Assembly: GCA_040767965.1 (NCBI GenBank)
Contig: JAXGNR010000007.1
Coordinates: forward strand, 1-64,000
DNA: 64,000 nucleotides
Source of the DNA: Atribacterota bacterium
Lineage (GTDB): Bacteria; Atribacterota; Phoenicimicrobiia; Phoenicimicrobiales; Stramentimicrobiaceae
Direction: 5' to 3'
Under the pieces are notes generated by a model. It was not told where the DNA came from. It saw nothing but the letters and a program-made list of their open reading frames with translations, and searched no databases. The position numbers were made by a program, and so were the translations under genes. Below are positions 10,239-20,749 of this stretch, piece after piece (position 1 is the stretch's first letter; each line of letters begins with the position of its first letter).

Positions 10239-11747
10239 ATGAAATATATTAGCACCAGGGGTAATATAGCTCCAAAAAGTTCATTAGAAGCAATCAGAAT
10301 GGGGATGGTTTCAAAAGGAGGGCTATTTGTACCGGAAAAAATACCATTTATCCCCATGGTAAAGATAAATAGCTGGAAATTGTTATCATATTCCCAGCTA
10401 GCCAGTAATATTTTTAATTTTTTCCTAAATGATAATTTCACAAAAAATGAAGTAAATAACTTAGTTAAAAAAGTATATAATAAAAATATTTTTCAAACAG
10501 AGGAAATTACTCCCCTAAAAAAACTTACTGAAAAATTATATATTCTGGAATTATTTCATGGACCAACTGGTGCTTTTAAAGACATTGCTTTGCAAGCATT
10601 GCCCTTGCTTCTATCTGAATCTATAAAAAAACTTAACATAAAAAATAAATTACTAATATTAGTAGCTACTTCTGGAGATACTGGCAAAGCAGCCCTGGAG
10701 GGATTTAAAAATATTCCAGGTATCGAAATTATCGTCTATTATCCTTTCCAAAAAGTAAGTAAAATTCAAGAATTGCAAATGCTTACTACTGATGGAAATA
10801 ACACACACGTTGTAGCATTAAAAGGCAATTTTGATGATTGCCAAAATGCTGTCAAGGAAATATTTGCAGATTACCAATTTTGCCGTTATTTAGAGAAAAA
10901 TAGCTTTGAGTTTTCTTCGGCAAACTCCATTAATTGGGGACGCTTGTTCCCACAGATTGTTTATTATTTTTATGCTTATGCTTCCCTGTTGAAAAATAAT
11001 GAAATAAAATGTGGAGAAAAAATAAATATATCTGTACCTACTGGCAATTTTGGTAATATACTTGCCGCCTGGTATGCAAATCAAATGGGATTACCTGTTA
11101 ATAAGCTTATTTGTGCTTCTAATATAAATAATGTTCTGACTGATTTTTTTCAAACTGGCACTTACAACCGGAACCGTCCTTTAATATCCACTTCCAGTCC
11201 ATCGATGGATATTTTAATATCAAGTAATTTAGAACGTTTTTTATTTGAAATTACTGGACATGACCACAAACAGATTACTTTTTGGATGAATGAATTGCAG
11301 GATAAAGGTCAATTTGAGTTAACAAAAAATATAAAAGAAAAAATTAAGCAAAAAATATTTGCTGGTTTTGCTGATGAAAAACAAACTCTAAATACCATCA
11401 AAAAAGTATTTGAAGATTATAATTACCTTGTTGATCCTCACACTGCAGTTGGCATAAAAGTTTTTTTTGATTTCCAAAAATCCTGTGAAACCACAGGAAA
11501 AACTATTGTTGCAGCAACAGCCAGTCCTTTTAAATTTAACCAAAGCGTTTTGTTGGCATTGAATAAACAGGAAAATGACTTAAATAAAAATGAATTTAAT
11601 TTATTACAAGAGCTGGGTAAATTATCCGGACTAACAATACCTATAAATCTAAGTAATTTGGAAAATAAAAAAATAATCCATAATTTAATCTATGAAAAGA
11701 CAGATGCTAAAAAAAGCTTATTAGATATCTTAAATATCAGGCAATAA
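10239..11747 (+). CDS. thrC: Threonine synthase
   Basis: YISTRG, ELFHGPTGAFKD (PLP Lys), ATSGDTG, NSINWGR, PTGNFGN, SPSMDI. Confidence 0.95.
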   Translation: MKYISTRGNIAPKSSLEAIRMGMVSKGGLFVPEKIPFIPMVKINSWKLLSYSQLASNIFNFFLNDNFTKNEVNNLVKKVYNKNIFQTEEITPLKKLTEKLYILELFHGPTGAFKDIALQALPLLLSESIKKLNIKNKLLILVATSGDTGKAALEGFKNIPGIEIIVYYPFQKVSKIQELQMLTTDGNNTHVVALKGNFDDCQNAVKEIFADYQFCRYLEKNSFEFSSANSINWGRLFPQIVYYFYAYASLLKNNEIKCGEKINISVPTGNFGNILAAWYANQMGLPVNKLICASNINNVLTDFFQTGTYNRNRPLISTSSPSMDILISSNLERFLFEITGHDHKQITFWMNELQDKGQFELTKNIKEKIKQKIFAGFADEKQTLNTIKKVFEDYNYLVDPHTAVGIKVFFDFQKSCETTGKTIVAATASPFKFNQSVLLALNKQENDLNKNEFNLLQELGKLSGLTIPINLSNLENKKIIHNLIYEKTDAKKSLLDILNIRQ

Positions 11748-11765
11748 AAAAATAAATAAGATCTT

Positions 11766-12443
11766 TCAGAATTTTATTTTTTTATCTTTTTCTTTATCAT
11801 CTTTATGCTTGATAACTTCTCCTTCTACCATAAAAACCACATCTTCACAGATATTCGTAGAGTGATCACCAATACGTTCTAAATCTAAAGCCAGAGATAT
11901 TAAATGAAAAGAACGTTCAATAGTGGAAGGGTCAGAGCTCATAAATGTTAGAAGCTCTCTGATAATCTGATCTCTTAAATCATTAACCATTTTATCTCTT
12001 TGAAAAACTTCCCGTGCTAATTCAGAATTGCCTTCAATAAAAGCAATTACACTATCTTTAATCATCCCCTGCACTATACCAGACATTCTGGGAATATCAA
12101 TATAAGGTTTTACTTGTGGCCTGCTGATTAAAAAAAGAATACTGCGGGACATGCTTGCTGATAAATCGCCAATTCTTTCCAGGTCTCTATTGATCTCAAG
12201 CATCATTAATATAGTCCTTAAATCTACTGCCATTGGTTGGAATTGGGCAAGTATCCAAACGCATTTTTCATCTAATTCTACCTCATAACGATCAGTGCGT
12301 GGTTCATCTTTTTCTATTACTTCCAAAAGACATTCTTCATCTTTGTCTACCAGACCTTTGATTACCTTTTCCACCATATTTTCTGTTAAGGTTGCATATT
12401 CAATTAATTCTTTTTTTAAAGGTAAAATACGCTCTTCTAACAT
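11766..12443 (-). CDS. phoU: Phosphate signalling protein PhoU
   Basis: Two PhoU repeats (QPMAVDLR, DLERIGD twice); last gene of the pst operon. Confidence 0.95.
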   Translation of the reverse strand: MLEERILPLKKELIEYATLTENMVEKVIKGLVDKDEECLLEVIEKDEPRTDRYEVELDEKCVWILAQFQPMAVDLRTILMMLEINRDLERIGDLSASMSRSILFLISRPQVKPYIDIPRMSGIVQGMIKDSVIAFIEGNSELAREVFQRDKMVNDLRDQIIRELLTFMSSDPSTIERSFHLISLALDLERIGDHSTNICEDVVFMVEGEVIKHKDDKEKDKKIKF

Positions 12444-12464
12444 AATTTTCCTCTTTCTTTGCTT

Positions 12465-13226
12465 TTAACCAAATTTTCCTGTTAAATATGCTTCTGTCAT
12501 CTTGTTTTTGGGAACAGTAAACAGTTTTTCTGTTTCTCCAAATTCAATCAAATCACCCATATATAAAAAAGCTGTAAAATCAGATACTCTGGCAGCCTGT
12601 TGCATATTATGAGTTACAATAACAATAGTATATTCTTTTTTTAATTCCAGTATTAGTTCTTCAATTTTTTGAGTAGAAATCGGGTCCAGGCTAGCACAAG
12701 GCTCATCAAATAATAATACTTCCGGCTCTACCGCCAAACAACGAGCGATACAGATCCTTTGTTGTTGACCACCTGATAATCCTAATGCACTTTCATTTAA
12801 ACGATCTTTTACTTCATCCCATAAGGCTGCTTTTTTTAAAGATGATATCACGATTTCCTCTTTTTTTCTCCTGTCCTTTACTCCATTAATCTCCAATCCA
12901 TAACTAACATTGTCAAAGATGCTTTTTGGAAAAGGGTTGGGCTTTTGGAAAACCATCCCCACCATACGCCTTATTTGTACAACATCAATTTTGGGATTAT
13001 TAATATCCTGACCATCTAGTAGAATTAATCCTTCCAAACTGGCTTTTGGGATAAGGTCATTCATTCTGTTAAACATACGGATTAGCGTGGATTTTCCACA
13101 GCCGGAAGGACCTATTATTGCAGTCACTTTTTTCTCGTAAATATCTAAATTAATACCTTTTAAAACCTGAGTTTTTCCGTAATTAAAACGAATGTTCTGA
13201 ACTTGTATTTTTGTCTTAACTCCCAT
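12465..13226 (-). CDS. pstB: Phosphate ABC transporter ATPase
   Basis: [32 protein letters not shown]. Confidence 0.97.
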   Translation of the reverse strand: MGVKTKIQVQNIRFNYGKTQVLKGINLDIYEKKVTAIIGPSGCGKSTLIRMFNRMNDLIPKASLEGLILLDGQDINNPKIDVVQIRRMVGMVFQKPNPFPKSIFDNVSYGLEINGVKDRRKKEEIVISSLKKAALWDEVKDRLNESALGLSGGQQQRICIARCLAVEPEVLLFDEPCASLDPISTQKIEELILELKKEYTIVIVTHNMQQAARVSDFTAFLYMGDLIEFGETEKLFTVPKNKMTEAYLTGKFG

Positions 13227-14073
13227 AATAACTATGGCTCCTTTGTCTTTGTCTAAAAAAAATTGCCAGTACCGACATTGACAATACTAAAATCAATAAA
13301 ATAAAGGCACAACCATAAGCAATACTGGTTTGCTCTTCAGGATGTACTCCTTCAGTCATTAAAGCATATATATGATATGGCAAAGCCATCACTTCAGAAA
13401 AAATAGAATTTGGGTATCTCCTGGTATAAAATGTTGCTGCTGTAAACATGATTGGTGCTGTTTCTCCAGCCACTCTTCCAATGCTTAAAATAACACCAGT
13501 TAAAATTCCAGGTAACGCGCTGGGTAAAACCACCTTACGGACAGTTCCCCATAAAGTAGCTCCTAAAGCCAGTGACGCTTCACGATAAGATTGTGGGACT
13601 GCTATTAAGGCTTCCTGTGCTGAAGAAATAATACTTGGTAACACCATGATGCCTAGAGTCAGTGAGCCAGACAGAATGGATACGCCAAAGCCTAAATACT
13701 TTACAAAAAAAGCTAACCCAAACAAGCCAAAGACAACCGAAGGAACTCCCGCCAAATTATTGATACTAATACGTATTATATTAACCACATAACTATTTGG
13801 ACTATATTCAGTAAGATAAATAGCACAGGCTAGACCTAGAGGAATGGAAAAAAGCATCGCTCCTAATGTCAGATAAAAGGTTCCTACAATAGCCGGCGCA
13901 ACTCCACCTGAAGTCATAGCTTTTCTGGGGACTTGTGTAAAAAATTCCCAGGACAGCACTCCTGCACCTCTTGCAACTATAAAGTAAACAATTATCCCTA
14001 AAAAAAATATAGTTGTTAGGATACAAAAAAGTAATATTAAAAATCCTATATTCTGTTCTATTTTTTTATTCAT
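13216..14073 (-). CDS. pstA: Phosphate ABC transporter permease PstA
   Basis: [26 protein letters not shown]. Confidence 0.95.
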   Translation of the reverse strand: MNKKIEQNIGFLILLFCILTTIFFLGIIVYFIVARGAGVLSWEFFTQVPRKAMTSGGVAPAIVGTFYLTLGAMLFSIPLGLACAIYLTEYSPNSYVVNIIRISINNLAGVPSVVFGLFGLAFFVKYLGFGVSILSGSLTLGIMVLPSIISSAQEALIAVPQSYREASLALGATLWGTVRKVVLPSALPGILTGVILSIGRVAGETAPIMFTAATFYTRRYPNSIFSEVMALPYHIYALMTEGVHPEEQTSIAYGCAFILLILVLSMSVLAIFFRQRQRSHSYYGS

Positions 14074-14088
14074 AACTACACCTGTCTA

Positions 14089-14973
14089 TTATCTTCCCAA
14101 TCCCAGTTTCAACCTATAGCGACGGCTTATTATTTCTGCAATAACATTAAAAATTAAAGTAATCAGAAACAAAACTAAGCCTATAGCAAATAATGAGTGG
14201 TAATGGGTGCTTCCAACTACAGTTTCTCCCATCTCTGCTGCAATTGTTGATGTCATAGGTCGAACTGGTTTAAAAAAAGAAGTAGGAATAACAGCTGCCC
14301 CTCCGGTAACCATCAGTACTGTCATGGTTTCTCCTACAGCCCTGCTCATACCCAATATGATTCCGGTAGATATTCCTGATCCTGCTGAGGGGATAACAAC
14401 CCTTGTAAGGGTTTGCCAACGGTTTCCTCCTAAGGCAAGAGATGCTTCCCTAAAACTGTTTGGAACAAAACTTAAGGCATCTTCAGAAATGCTGCAAACA
14501 GTAGGAGTGGCCATAATTCCCAGCATTAAACTTCCGGTAAAAGCAGTTTGCCCGATCGGTATGTTTAAGATTTTTTGCAAATAAGGAGCTACTATTACCA
14601 TACCAAAAAATCCGTAAACTATAGAAGGCACTCCTGCCAGTATTTCTATAAGAGGCTTTAAGATTGCTTTTTGCCTATGATTGGCTAATTCATTTATAAA
14701 AAGAGCACTGCCAACACCTAATGGCACACAAATCAAAACTGCCCCGAAAGTAACCATTAATGATGCCAGTATCAAAGGAAGAATACCAAAATCAGGTGGA
14801 ATATAAGTTGGATACCATTCTTTTCCAAAGATAAATTGAAATAGCCTTATTTCCTGGAATAGAGGGATCCCTGTTGAAAACAATGTTATGGTTATCCCTA
14901 CCAGAAATAGTAAAGAGGCAAAAGCTAAGATCGCGAAAGTCCAACTTATAATCTTTTCTTTATTCTTGTTCAT
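14089..14973 (-). CDS. pstC: Phosphate ABC transporter permease PstC
   Basis: LAGVPSIVYG, RAVGETM, LFAIGLVLF. Confidence 0.95.
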   Translation of the reverse strand: MNKNKEKIISWTFAILAFASLLFLVGITITLFSTGIPLFQEIRLFQFIFGKEWYPTYIPPDFGILPLILASLMVTFGAVLICVPLGVGSALFINELANHRQKAILKPLIEILAGVPSIVYGFFGMVIVAPYLQKILNIPIGQTAFTGSLMLGIMATPTVCSISEDALSFVPNSFREASLALGGNRWQTLTRVVIPSAGSGISTGIILGMSRAVGETMTVLMVTGGAAVIPTSFFKPVRPMTSTIAAEMGETVVGSTHYHSLFAIGLVLFLITLIFNVIAEIISRRYRLKLGLGR

Positions 14974-15008
14974 ATTTCTTATCCTTATCTATGCAGTTCA
15001 GTGTATAA

Positions 15009-15039
15009 CCGGGCATAGTTTTTATTTAACCATGCCCGG
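15009..15039 (-). terminator. Hairpin between pstS and pstC (partial terminator or mRNA stabiliser)
   Basis: CCGGGCAT...ATGCCCGG inverted repeat. Confidence 0.55.
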
Positions 15040-15070
15040 GAGATTAGAAAATTAGAATTAATATTAACTT

Positions 15071-15904
15071 CTACTTCACTGCAATGTAGCCATTCTCTTC
15101 TACTAATTTTTGTCCTTCTTCACTCATTATGAAATCAAGAAAATCTTTTACAACACCAGTTGCTTCTCCATTTGTATACATGAACAAAGGTCTCGCCAGA
15201 GGATAAATATCAGAATTAACAGTCTCTTTACTGGGAATGATTCCATCTACTTCAATAACTTTGTTTTTTGATGTTATATAACCCAGGCCGATATAACCAA
15301 TTGCCCCTGGAGTGTTAGCTACGCTGGTGGCCACAGCTGCGTTAGAAGCTTGCAACAATGCATCTGGTCTTAATCTCTCTTTTTGTAAGGCCAACTCATT
15401 AAATGCTTCAAAAGTACCACTAGCTGAATCTCTGGAAATTACCACTATTGGTTGATCAGGACCACCAATTTCTGACCAATTAGAAATTTCTCCGATATAG
15501 ATTGCTTTAATTTGTTCAATACTTAATCCATCTATAATATTAGCCGGATTTACAATTACAGCAATTGCATCTCTAGCTACCACATTTCCTACCGGGTTTA
15601 TATCTTTCTCTTGAGCACTGGTAATTTCAGCGTCTTTTATAGCCCTGGAGGAATTACCAATATCACAAGTCCCATCAATTATAGAAGCAATGCCTACACC
15701 AGAGCCACCACCCTGAACAGAAATATTCACCTGTTGATTTTGATCCATAAAAACTTCAGCACATGCTTGTGAAATAGGCAATACTGTGGTTGAACCTTTT
15801 GCAACAATTTCATTCTCAGCAGCATGCAAACTTACTGGAAAAATTAACATCAAGACAATAAATGTTGTAAAAATTAAATTTTTTGATTTTTTTAAATTTT
15901 TCAT
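15071..15904 (-). CDS. pstS: Phosphate ABC transporter substrate-binding protein
   Basis: Signal peptide; GSTTV, GGGSGVG, SRDSASGT, YPLARPLF. Confidence 0.95.
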   Translation of the reverse strand: MKNLKKSKNLIFTTFIVLMLIFPVSLHAAENEIVAKGSTTVLPISQACAEVFMDQNQQVNISVQGGGSGVGIASIIDGTCDIGNSSRAIKDAEITSAQEKDINPVGNVVARDAIAVIVNPANIIDGLSIEQIKAIYIGEISNWSEIGGPDQPIVVISRDSASGTFEAFNELALQKERLRPDALLQASNAAVATSVANTPGAIGYIGLGYITSKNKVIEVDGIIPSKETVNSDIYPLARPLFMYTNGEATGVVKDFLDFIMSEEGQKLVEENGYIAVK

Positions 15905-15969
15905 TTTTTTCTCCTTTTTTTTTGATGCACAGCATCTTTTTTTTAATTAATTACAATATAAAGGAGTTT

Positions 15970-16008
15970 TGTAAATAATATATAAATATAATGTTAATTT
16001 TTGGTTAA
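15970..16008 (-). promoter_or_regulatory. Pho box array (PhoP/PhoB-type) upstream of pstS
   Basis: Minus strand hexamers TTAACC, TTAACA, TTTATA, TTTACA at exact 11-nt spacing, like the Bacillus TT(A/T/C)ACA Pho box. Confidence 0.7.
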
Positions 16009-16419
16009 TTTTTTATTTTTTATAAATTCTAAAATATTATCTTTAATATCATCCCTAATTTTGCGAAAGATAATCAATTTTTCTTCTTTATTTCCTTTGG
16101 CATTTGCCGGATCTTCAATGTTCCAGTGTAGTTTTTGATGCTTACCTGGAAACAAGGGGCAGATTTGCCGTGCATGGTCACATACTGTAATAACATAGGC
16201 AAATTGTTCATTTAGAAATTCCTGTACTGACTTTGATTTGTGGTTGGATATATCAATTCCTATTTCTGCCATTACCATTACTGCCAAAGGGTTAATGGTT
16301 GATGGTTCAACACCAGCGCTGTATACTTGAAATTCATTCCCTGCCAGATAACGTAAAAATCCTTCAGCCATCTGGCTACGACAAGAGTTTCCAGTACAAA
16401 GAAAAAGAATCTTTTCCAT
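15994..16419 (-). CDS. arsC: Thioredoxin-type arsenate reductase (LMW-PTP fold)
   Basis: CTGNSCRSQMAE P-loop plus TVCD...CP resolving cysteines and the DP motif. Confidence 0.85.
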   Translation of the reverse strand: MEKILFLCTGNSCRSQMAEGFLRYLAGNEFQVYSAGVEPSTINPLAVMVMAEIGIDISNHKSKSVQEFLNEQFAYVITVCDHARQICPLFPGKHQKLHWNIEDPANAKGNKEEKLIIFRKIRDDIKDNILEFIKNKKLTKN

Positions 16420-16493
16420 GCCCTTACCACCTCTAAACTAGTTTTACTTTATTCAAAAAAAGTATTAAACAAAATACATCAGATCTTAAAAAG

Positions 16494-18248
16494 TTAAGAT
16501 TGTTTTACAGGTAAAATAATACTCATCCTGGTTCCTACACCAGGCTGACTGTCAACTTTGATCTCCCCTTTATGTAATAATACAATATGCTTAACAATAG
16601 CAAGTCCTAGCCCTGTTCCTCCCTGCTGGCGGGAACGAGATTTATTAACCACATAAAACCTCTCAAATATTCTACTGAGCTCCTCTTTCTTAATCCCAAT
16701 TCCTGTGTCTTCTATTTCAATCAAAACTCTATTTTCTGAACCTGACCGGGCAGATATTTTTATCTCTCCCCTATCTGTATAATGGATAGCATTGTCCAGT
16801 ATATTAATTAACAACTGCTCAATTTGAAATGCGTCTGCTTCAACATCTGGCAGATTTTTTTCAATGTTAACTTTTAATAATAAATTTTTTTCTTTCATCA
16901 CTGGTTCAAATATTTTATGTAAATTCTCAATAATTTCTTTTAAATTAACCATTTCTCTTTCTATTTCTTTTCCTGTCTTACCGGCTTGCTCTTCTATCTT
17001 TGATAACAAAAGAAGATCGTTTACTAAGTTTGTTAAACGATCTGTGTTTCTGCTGATTATTTTAATATATTTTGTTTTACTTTCTTCATCAACTTCTGAT
17101 AAAGTTTCGAGGTAGCCTTTTATGGAAGTCAGCGGGGTTCGTAATTCATGTGAGATATTAGCAATCAATTCTTTTTTCTCTTTATCCAGCCTCTTGGAAC
17201 GGGTAATGTCCTGAAAAACCATAATTAGTTGCTGATTCTTATCAATATACTTTCCTTTGCATAAAAGATCTTTATTCAAAACAGAAGTTTCTTTAATGAA
17301 ATTGCCTTGTTTCCTGTTCAGTAAAAGATTGATTTTCTCATTTAAAGCATTATCCCTGATTACTTCCCAATAATATTTTTCTTTTTCTTTTGATAATGCA
17401 AAATATTCTTTGAAATATTCATTACTTAAAACAATCTGTCCTTTTCTATCCAGTAATGCAATACCATTGGGAATTGTTGACAAAATACTATGCAATTCTG
17501 CGGTTTCAGATAAAATGGTTTTTCTGCTTTCTTTTATTTTCTCCATCATCTGGTTAAAAAGTTCAGTAATTTCATTAAATTCATATTTCCCCTTGGTTAA
17601 CATTATTCTTGCATTCATATCACCTTGAATTACCCGATCAAAAACCTCTTTCAGCTCTAAAAAAGGTAAGTTTATTTTCCTGGAGACATAGTAAGCTGCC
17701 ATAAATCCTAAAAAAAGCAGTATAATGGTAATTAAAATAATAATATTTCTCCAAATGGTTTGCAGATCATTCATTTCTTCTAAAAATATTCCTAACCTTG
17801 AAACCAATAAAACCTGTTCATTATTATAAATTGGATAAGCGAAAAAAAGCATATCCTCTCTTGTAGTGCTGCTATATCGGATAGTATGACTTTCTTCTCC
17901 GGTAAATGCATTTCTGATTTCAGGGCGGTTTTGATGGCTTTCCATATCTTGAAAACCTTTCAATGTTTCGGCTATTACTCTTCCATCAGGTAATATTAGA
18001 GAAATCCTGATCCCTGTACTTTCATAAAGTTCATTCACAATCAGATCTATTTGCGACCAGTTTTCTTCCAGAACTAGCGGTGATATGGTCTGTTCAAGAA
18101 ATGACGATACATTTTTCATATTCTTCAAGGTAATATCCAGATAACTTTGTTTTAGATAATTATTTGAGTAAATCAATATGATTATAGAAAAAATTATAAT
18201 AAGTAAAAAATATCCAAATAAAATCCTTGAAAAGCGTGAATTTATCAT
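16494..18248 (-). CDS. phoR: Sensor histidine kinase PhoR-like (2 TM, HAMP, PAS-like, HisKA, HATPase)
   Basis: SHELRTPLT, NILDNAI, DTGIGI, FERFY, GTGLGL; sits next to the pst operon. Confidence 0.85.
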   Translation of the reverse strand: MINSRFSRILFGYFLLIIIFSIIILIYSNNYLKQSYLDITLKNMKNVSSFLEQTISPLVLEENWSQIDLIVNELYESTGIRISLILPDGRVIAETLKGFQDMESHQNRPEIRNAFTGEESHTIRYSSTTREDMLFFAYPIYNNEQVLLVSRLGIFLEEMNDLQTIWRNIIILITIILLFLGFMAAYYVSRKINLPFLELKEVFDRVIQGDMNARIMLTKGKYEFNEITELFNQMMEKIKESRKTILSETAELHSILSTIPNGIALLDRKGQIVLSNEYFKEYFALSKEKEKYYWEVIRDNALNEKINLLLNRKQGNFIKETSVLNKDLLCKGKYIDKNQQLIMVFQDITRSKRLDKEKKELIANISHELRTPLTSIKGYLETLSEVDEESKTKYIKIISRNTDRLTNLVNDLLLLSKIEEQAGKTGKEIEREMVNLKEIIENLHKIFEPVMKEKNLLLKVNIEKNLPDVEADAFQIEQLLINILDNAIHYTDRGEIKISARSGSENRVLIEIEDTGIGIKKEELSRIFERFYVVNKSRSRQQGGTGLGLAIVKHIVLLHKGEIKVDSQPGVGTRMSIILPVKQS

Positions 18249-18925
18249 GGTTCTATTTTATAACCCAAACCTCTAACATTTTTAATTAAATTCCCCTTTT
18301 TCCCCATTTTACTACGGAGATTTTTGATGTGCACATCAATAGTGCGGTCTAAAATGGCTTTTTCGTTGCCCCACAAATAATCCAGGATCTGTTCACGATT
18401 AAAAACCCATCCCGCTTTTGAAGATAATAATTGTAATATTTTGAATTCTGTAGCAGTAAGCGGAATTTCTTTCTTATTGATTAATAATTGATATTTGTCT
18501 AAGTCTAACAAGAAATCTTCTTCAATAAAAATTTTGTTTCCCTTGGAATCAGTGTTACTTCTTCTTAGAACCGTTCTTACTCTGGCTACCAATTCTTTAG
18601 GAGAAAACGGTTTAGTAATATAATCATCTGCTCCCAACTCTAACCCTAATACTTTATCAGTTTCATCTATTCTTGCAGAAAGTATAATAATAGGTATATT
18701 CACATATTTTTCTTCTTTTTTAAGATATTTACATATCTCAAATCCTCCTTCATCAGGCAACATTAAATCCAAAACAATTAATGAAGGTCTTTTTTGTTCA
18801 AGCTGATGGTAGAGAGATGCAGCATCCGAAAATCCCTGGACTTTAAAATTAGATTTTTCTAAATGAAGAGTGACTAAATCTACAATATCCTGCTCATCAT
18901 CAACGATATAAATCAGCTGTGCCAT
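18245..18925 (-). CDS. phoB: OmpR-family response regulator PhoB/PhoP-like
   Basis: VDDE, DLMLP, GADDYITKPF, RTIDVHI, VRGLGY; overlaps the phoR start by 4 nt. Confidence 0.8.
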   Translation of the reverse strand: MAQLIYIVDDEQDIVDLVTLHLEKSNFKVQGFSDAASLYHQLEQKRPSLIVLDLMLPDEGGFEICKYLKKEEKYVNIPIIILSARIDETDKVLGLELGADDYITKPFSPKELVARVRTVLRRSNTDSKGNKIFIEEDFLLDLDKYQLLINKKEIPLTATEFKILQLLSSKAGWVFNREQILDYLWGNEKAILDRTIDVHIKNLRSKMGKKGNLIKNVRGLGYKIEP

Positions 18926-18976
18926 AGCAATTTAACCTACTCTTTTTTTTATATATATTTTAATTATAAATATTAT

Positions 18977-20659
18977 TTATGAATTTACTATTAATTTTTT
19001 TTGTTTTTCCTTCTTAAAAAGGTTTTTTTCTACAAAAATATTATTACCGGTAAAAGGATCAATTTTTGAATAATACATCACACTGGAATAAGTAGAAGGA
19101 GTAGGAATAAATATTTGTACCTGTTCAGCGGTTAATTTTAGTTCTTTTTGAATAAATTGTTTTAGGACAAACATATCTTTTTCTCTGCAACCCGGGTGAG
19201 CTGCTATAAAATAATAGGTAAGAAACTGTTTTTTCCCGGTTTTTTCATTAATATGGTCAAATAATTTTTTAAAATCACTTACATTGAATTGGCTTGCTTT
19301 ACCCATTAGAGACAAAATACTTTTTTTAATATGCTCTGGAGCAATCTTCATCTGCCCGGAAATATGGTTCTGGATTATTTCTTTAAGATACCCTTTGCCG
19401 TATTGTCTATCAGCTAAAATCAAATCATAACGGATCCCTGAGGCAACAAATACTTTTTTTATTTCTGGTATTTTCCTTATTTTTTGCAGTAATTTTATCT
19501 GCGGTTGATGGCTATGGTTAAGATTAGGACATATCACCGGAAAAAGACATCTTTTGCCGGAACAATGCTGCTTTTTTTGTTTCAGGCAACTCATCTGATA
19601 CATATTGGCCGTAGGTCCTCCTACATCTAAAATGTAACCTTTAAAATCTTTTTCCTGAGTTAGCCTTTTAGCTTCTTTTAAGATAGACTTTTCACTTCGG
19701 GATTGGATTATCCTGCCCTGATGTACAGTAATAGCACAAAAGTTACATTCTCCAAAACATCCTCTATGAGAGGTAATAGAAAACCTGATAGTATCTAAAG
19801 CTCGAACAGCTCCTTGTTTCTTATAATAAGGATGAACATCTCGTTGAAAATCCATTTCATATACTTTATCCAGTTCTTTTTCTCTCAATGGAATTGCCGG
19901 AGGATTATGGGTAAGATATCTGTTATCTTGTTTCTGAACCAGTATTTTCCCCTGAAAAGGGTCCTGATTTTGGTAGAACAAATCGAACATCTTGATAAAT
20001 TTCTTTTTATCTTTTTTTACCTCTGCAAATGATGGCAAAACAAGACTGTTTGCAACTGGAGAGTCTGCAATATAACAGATTCCTTTAATATTGGTGTGAT
20101 CTTTTTCCTTCTCTAAACAATCAGCAAGCTGAATAATGCTTGTTTCTGCCATTCCATAAACTAAAAAATCAGCCTTGCTATCAAATAATATTGATCTTCT
20201 AATCTGATTACTCCAAAAATCATAATGAGCCAGTCTACGCAAACTGGCTTCTATACCACCCAAAACAATTGGTTTAGTATTTTTAAAATATTGTTTAATC
20301 AGATTTGCATAGACAATAGTGGCACGATCAGGACGCTGATTATTTACTCCTCCGGGTGTATAATCATCTTTTTTTCTTTTTTTCCCACTTGCAGTGTAAT
20401 TGGCAATCATAGAATCAACTGACCCTGCTGAAACCCCCCAAAAAAGTCGTGGCTCTCCCAGGCGGCAAATGTCATCAGGTTTTCTGATGTCAGGTTGAGC
20501 TATTATCCCTACTTTATAACCAGCTTCTGTTAGCAATTGCCCTATAACAGACACTCCGATAAACGAACTGTCAATATAAGTATCTCCGCTTACCAGAATA
20601 ATATCCAGATAAGTCCAATTCAATTTTTTAATTTCTTCTTGTGTTGTTGGTAGGAACAT
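18977..20659 (-). CDS. YgiQ family radical SAM protein (UPF0313)
   Basis: MFLPTT, GDTYID, GGIEASLRR, RGCFGECNFC (CxxxCxxC), GGPTANMY, APEH. Confidence 0.9.
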   Translation of the reverse strand: MFLPTTQEEIKKLNWTYLDIILVSGDTYIDSSFIGVSVIGQLLTEAGYKVGIIAQPDIRKPDDICRLGEPRLFWGVSAGSVDSMIANYTASGKKRKKDDYTPGGVNNQRPDRATIVYANLIKQYFKNTKPIVLGGIEASLRRLAHYDFWSNQIRRSILFDSKADFLVYGMAETSIIQLADCLEKEKDHTNIKGICYIADSPVANSLVLPSFAEVKKDKKKFIKMFDLFYQNQDPFQGKILVQKQDNRYLTHNPPAIPLREKELDKVYEMDFQRDVHPYYKKQGAVRALDTIRFSITSHRGCFGECNFCAITVHQGRIIQSRSEKSILKEAKRLTQEKDFKGYILDVGGPTANMYQMSCLKQKKQHCSGKRCLFPVICPNLNHSHQPQIKLLQKIRKIPEIKKVFVASGIRYDLILADRQYGKGYLKEIIQNHISGQMKIAPEHIKKSILSLMGKASQFNVSDFKKLFDHINEKTGKKQFLTYYFIAAHPGCREKDMFVLKQFIQKELKLTAEQVQIFIPTPSTYSSVMYYSKIDPFTGNNIFVEKNLFKKEKQKKLIVNS

Positions 20660-20749
20660 CTTTTCTTCCTTTAGGCAATAGACAGTAAAATAATCAATTT
20701 GAATATATTTATTTTATCATAATAAAGTATTGAATAGTTTTACTATATT

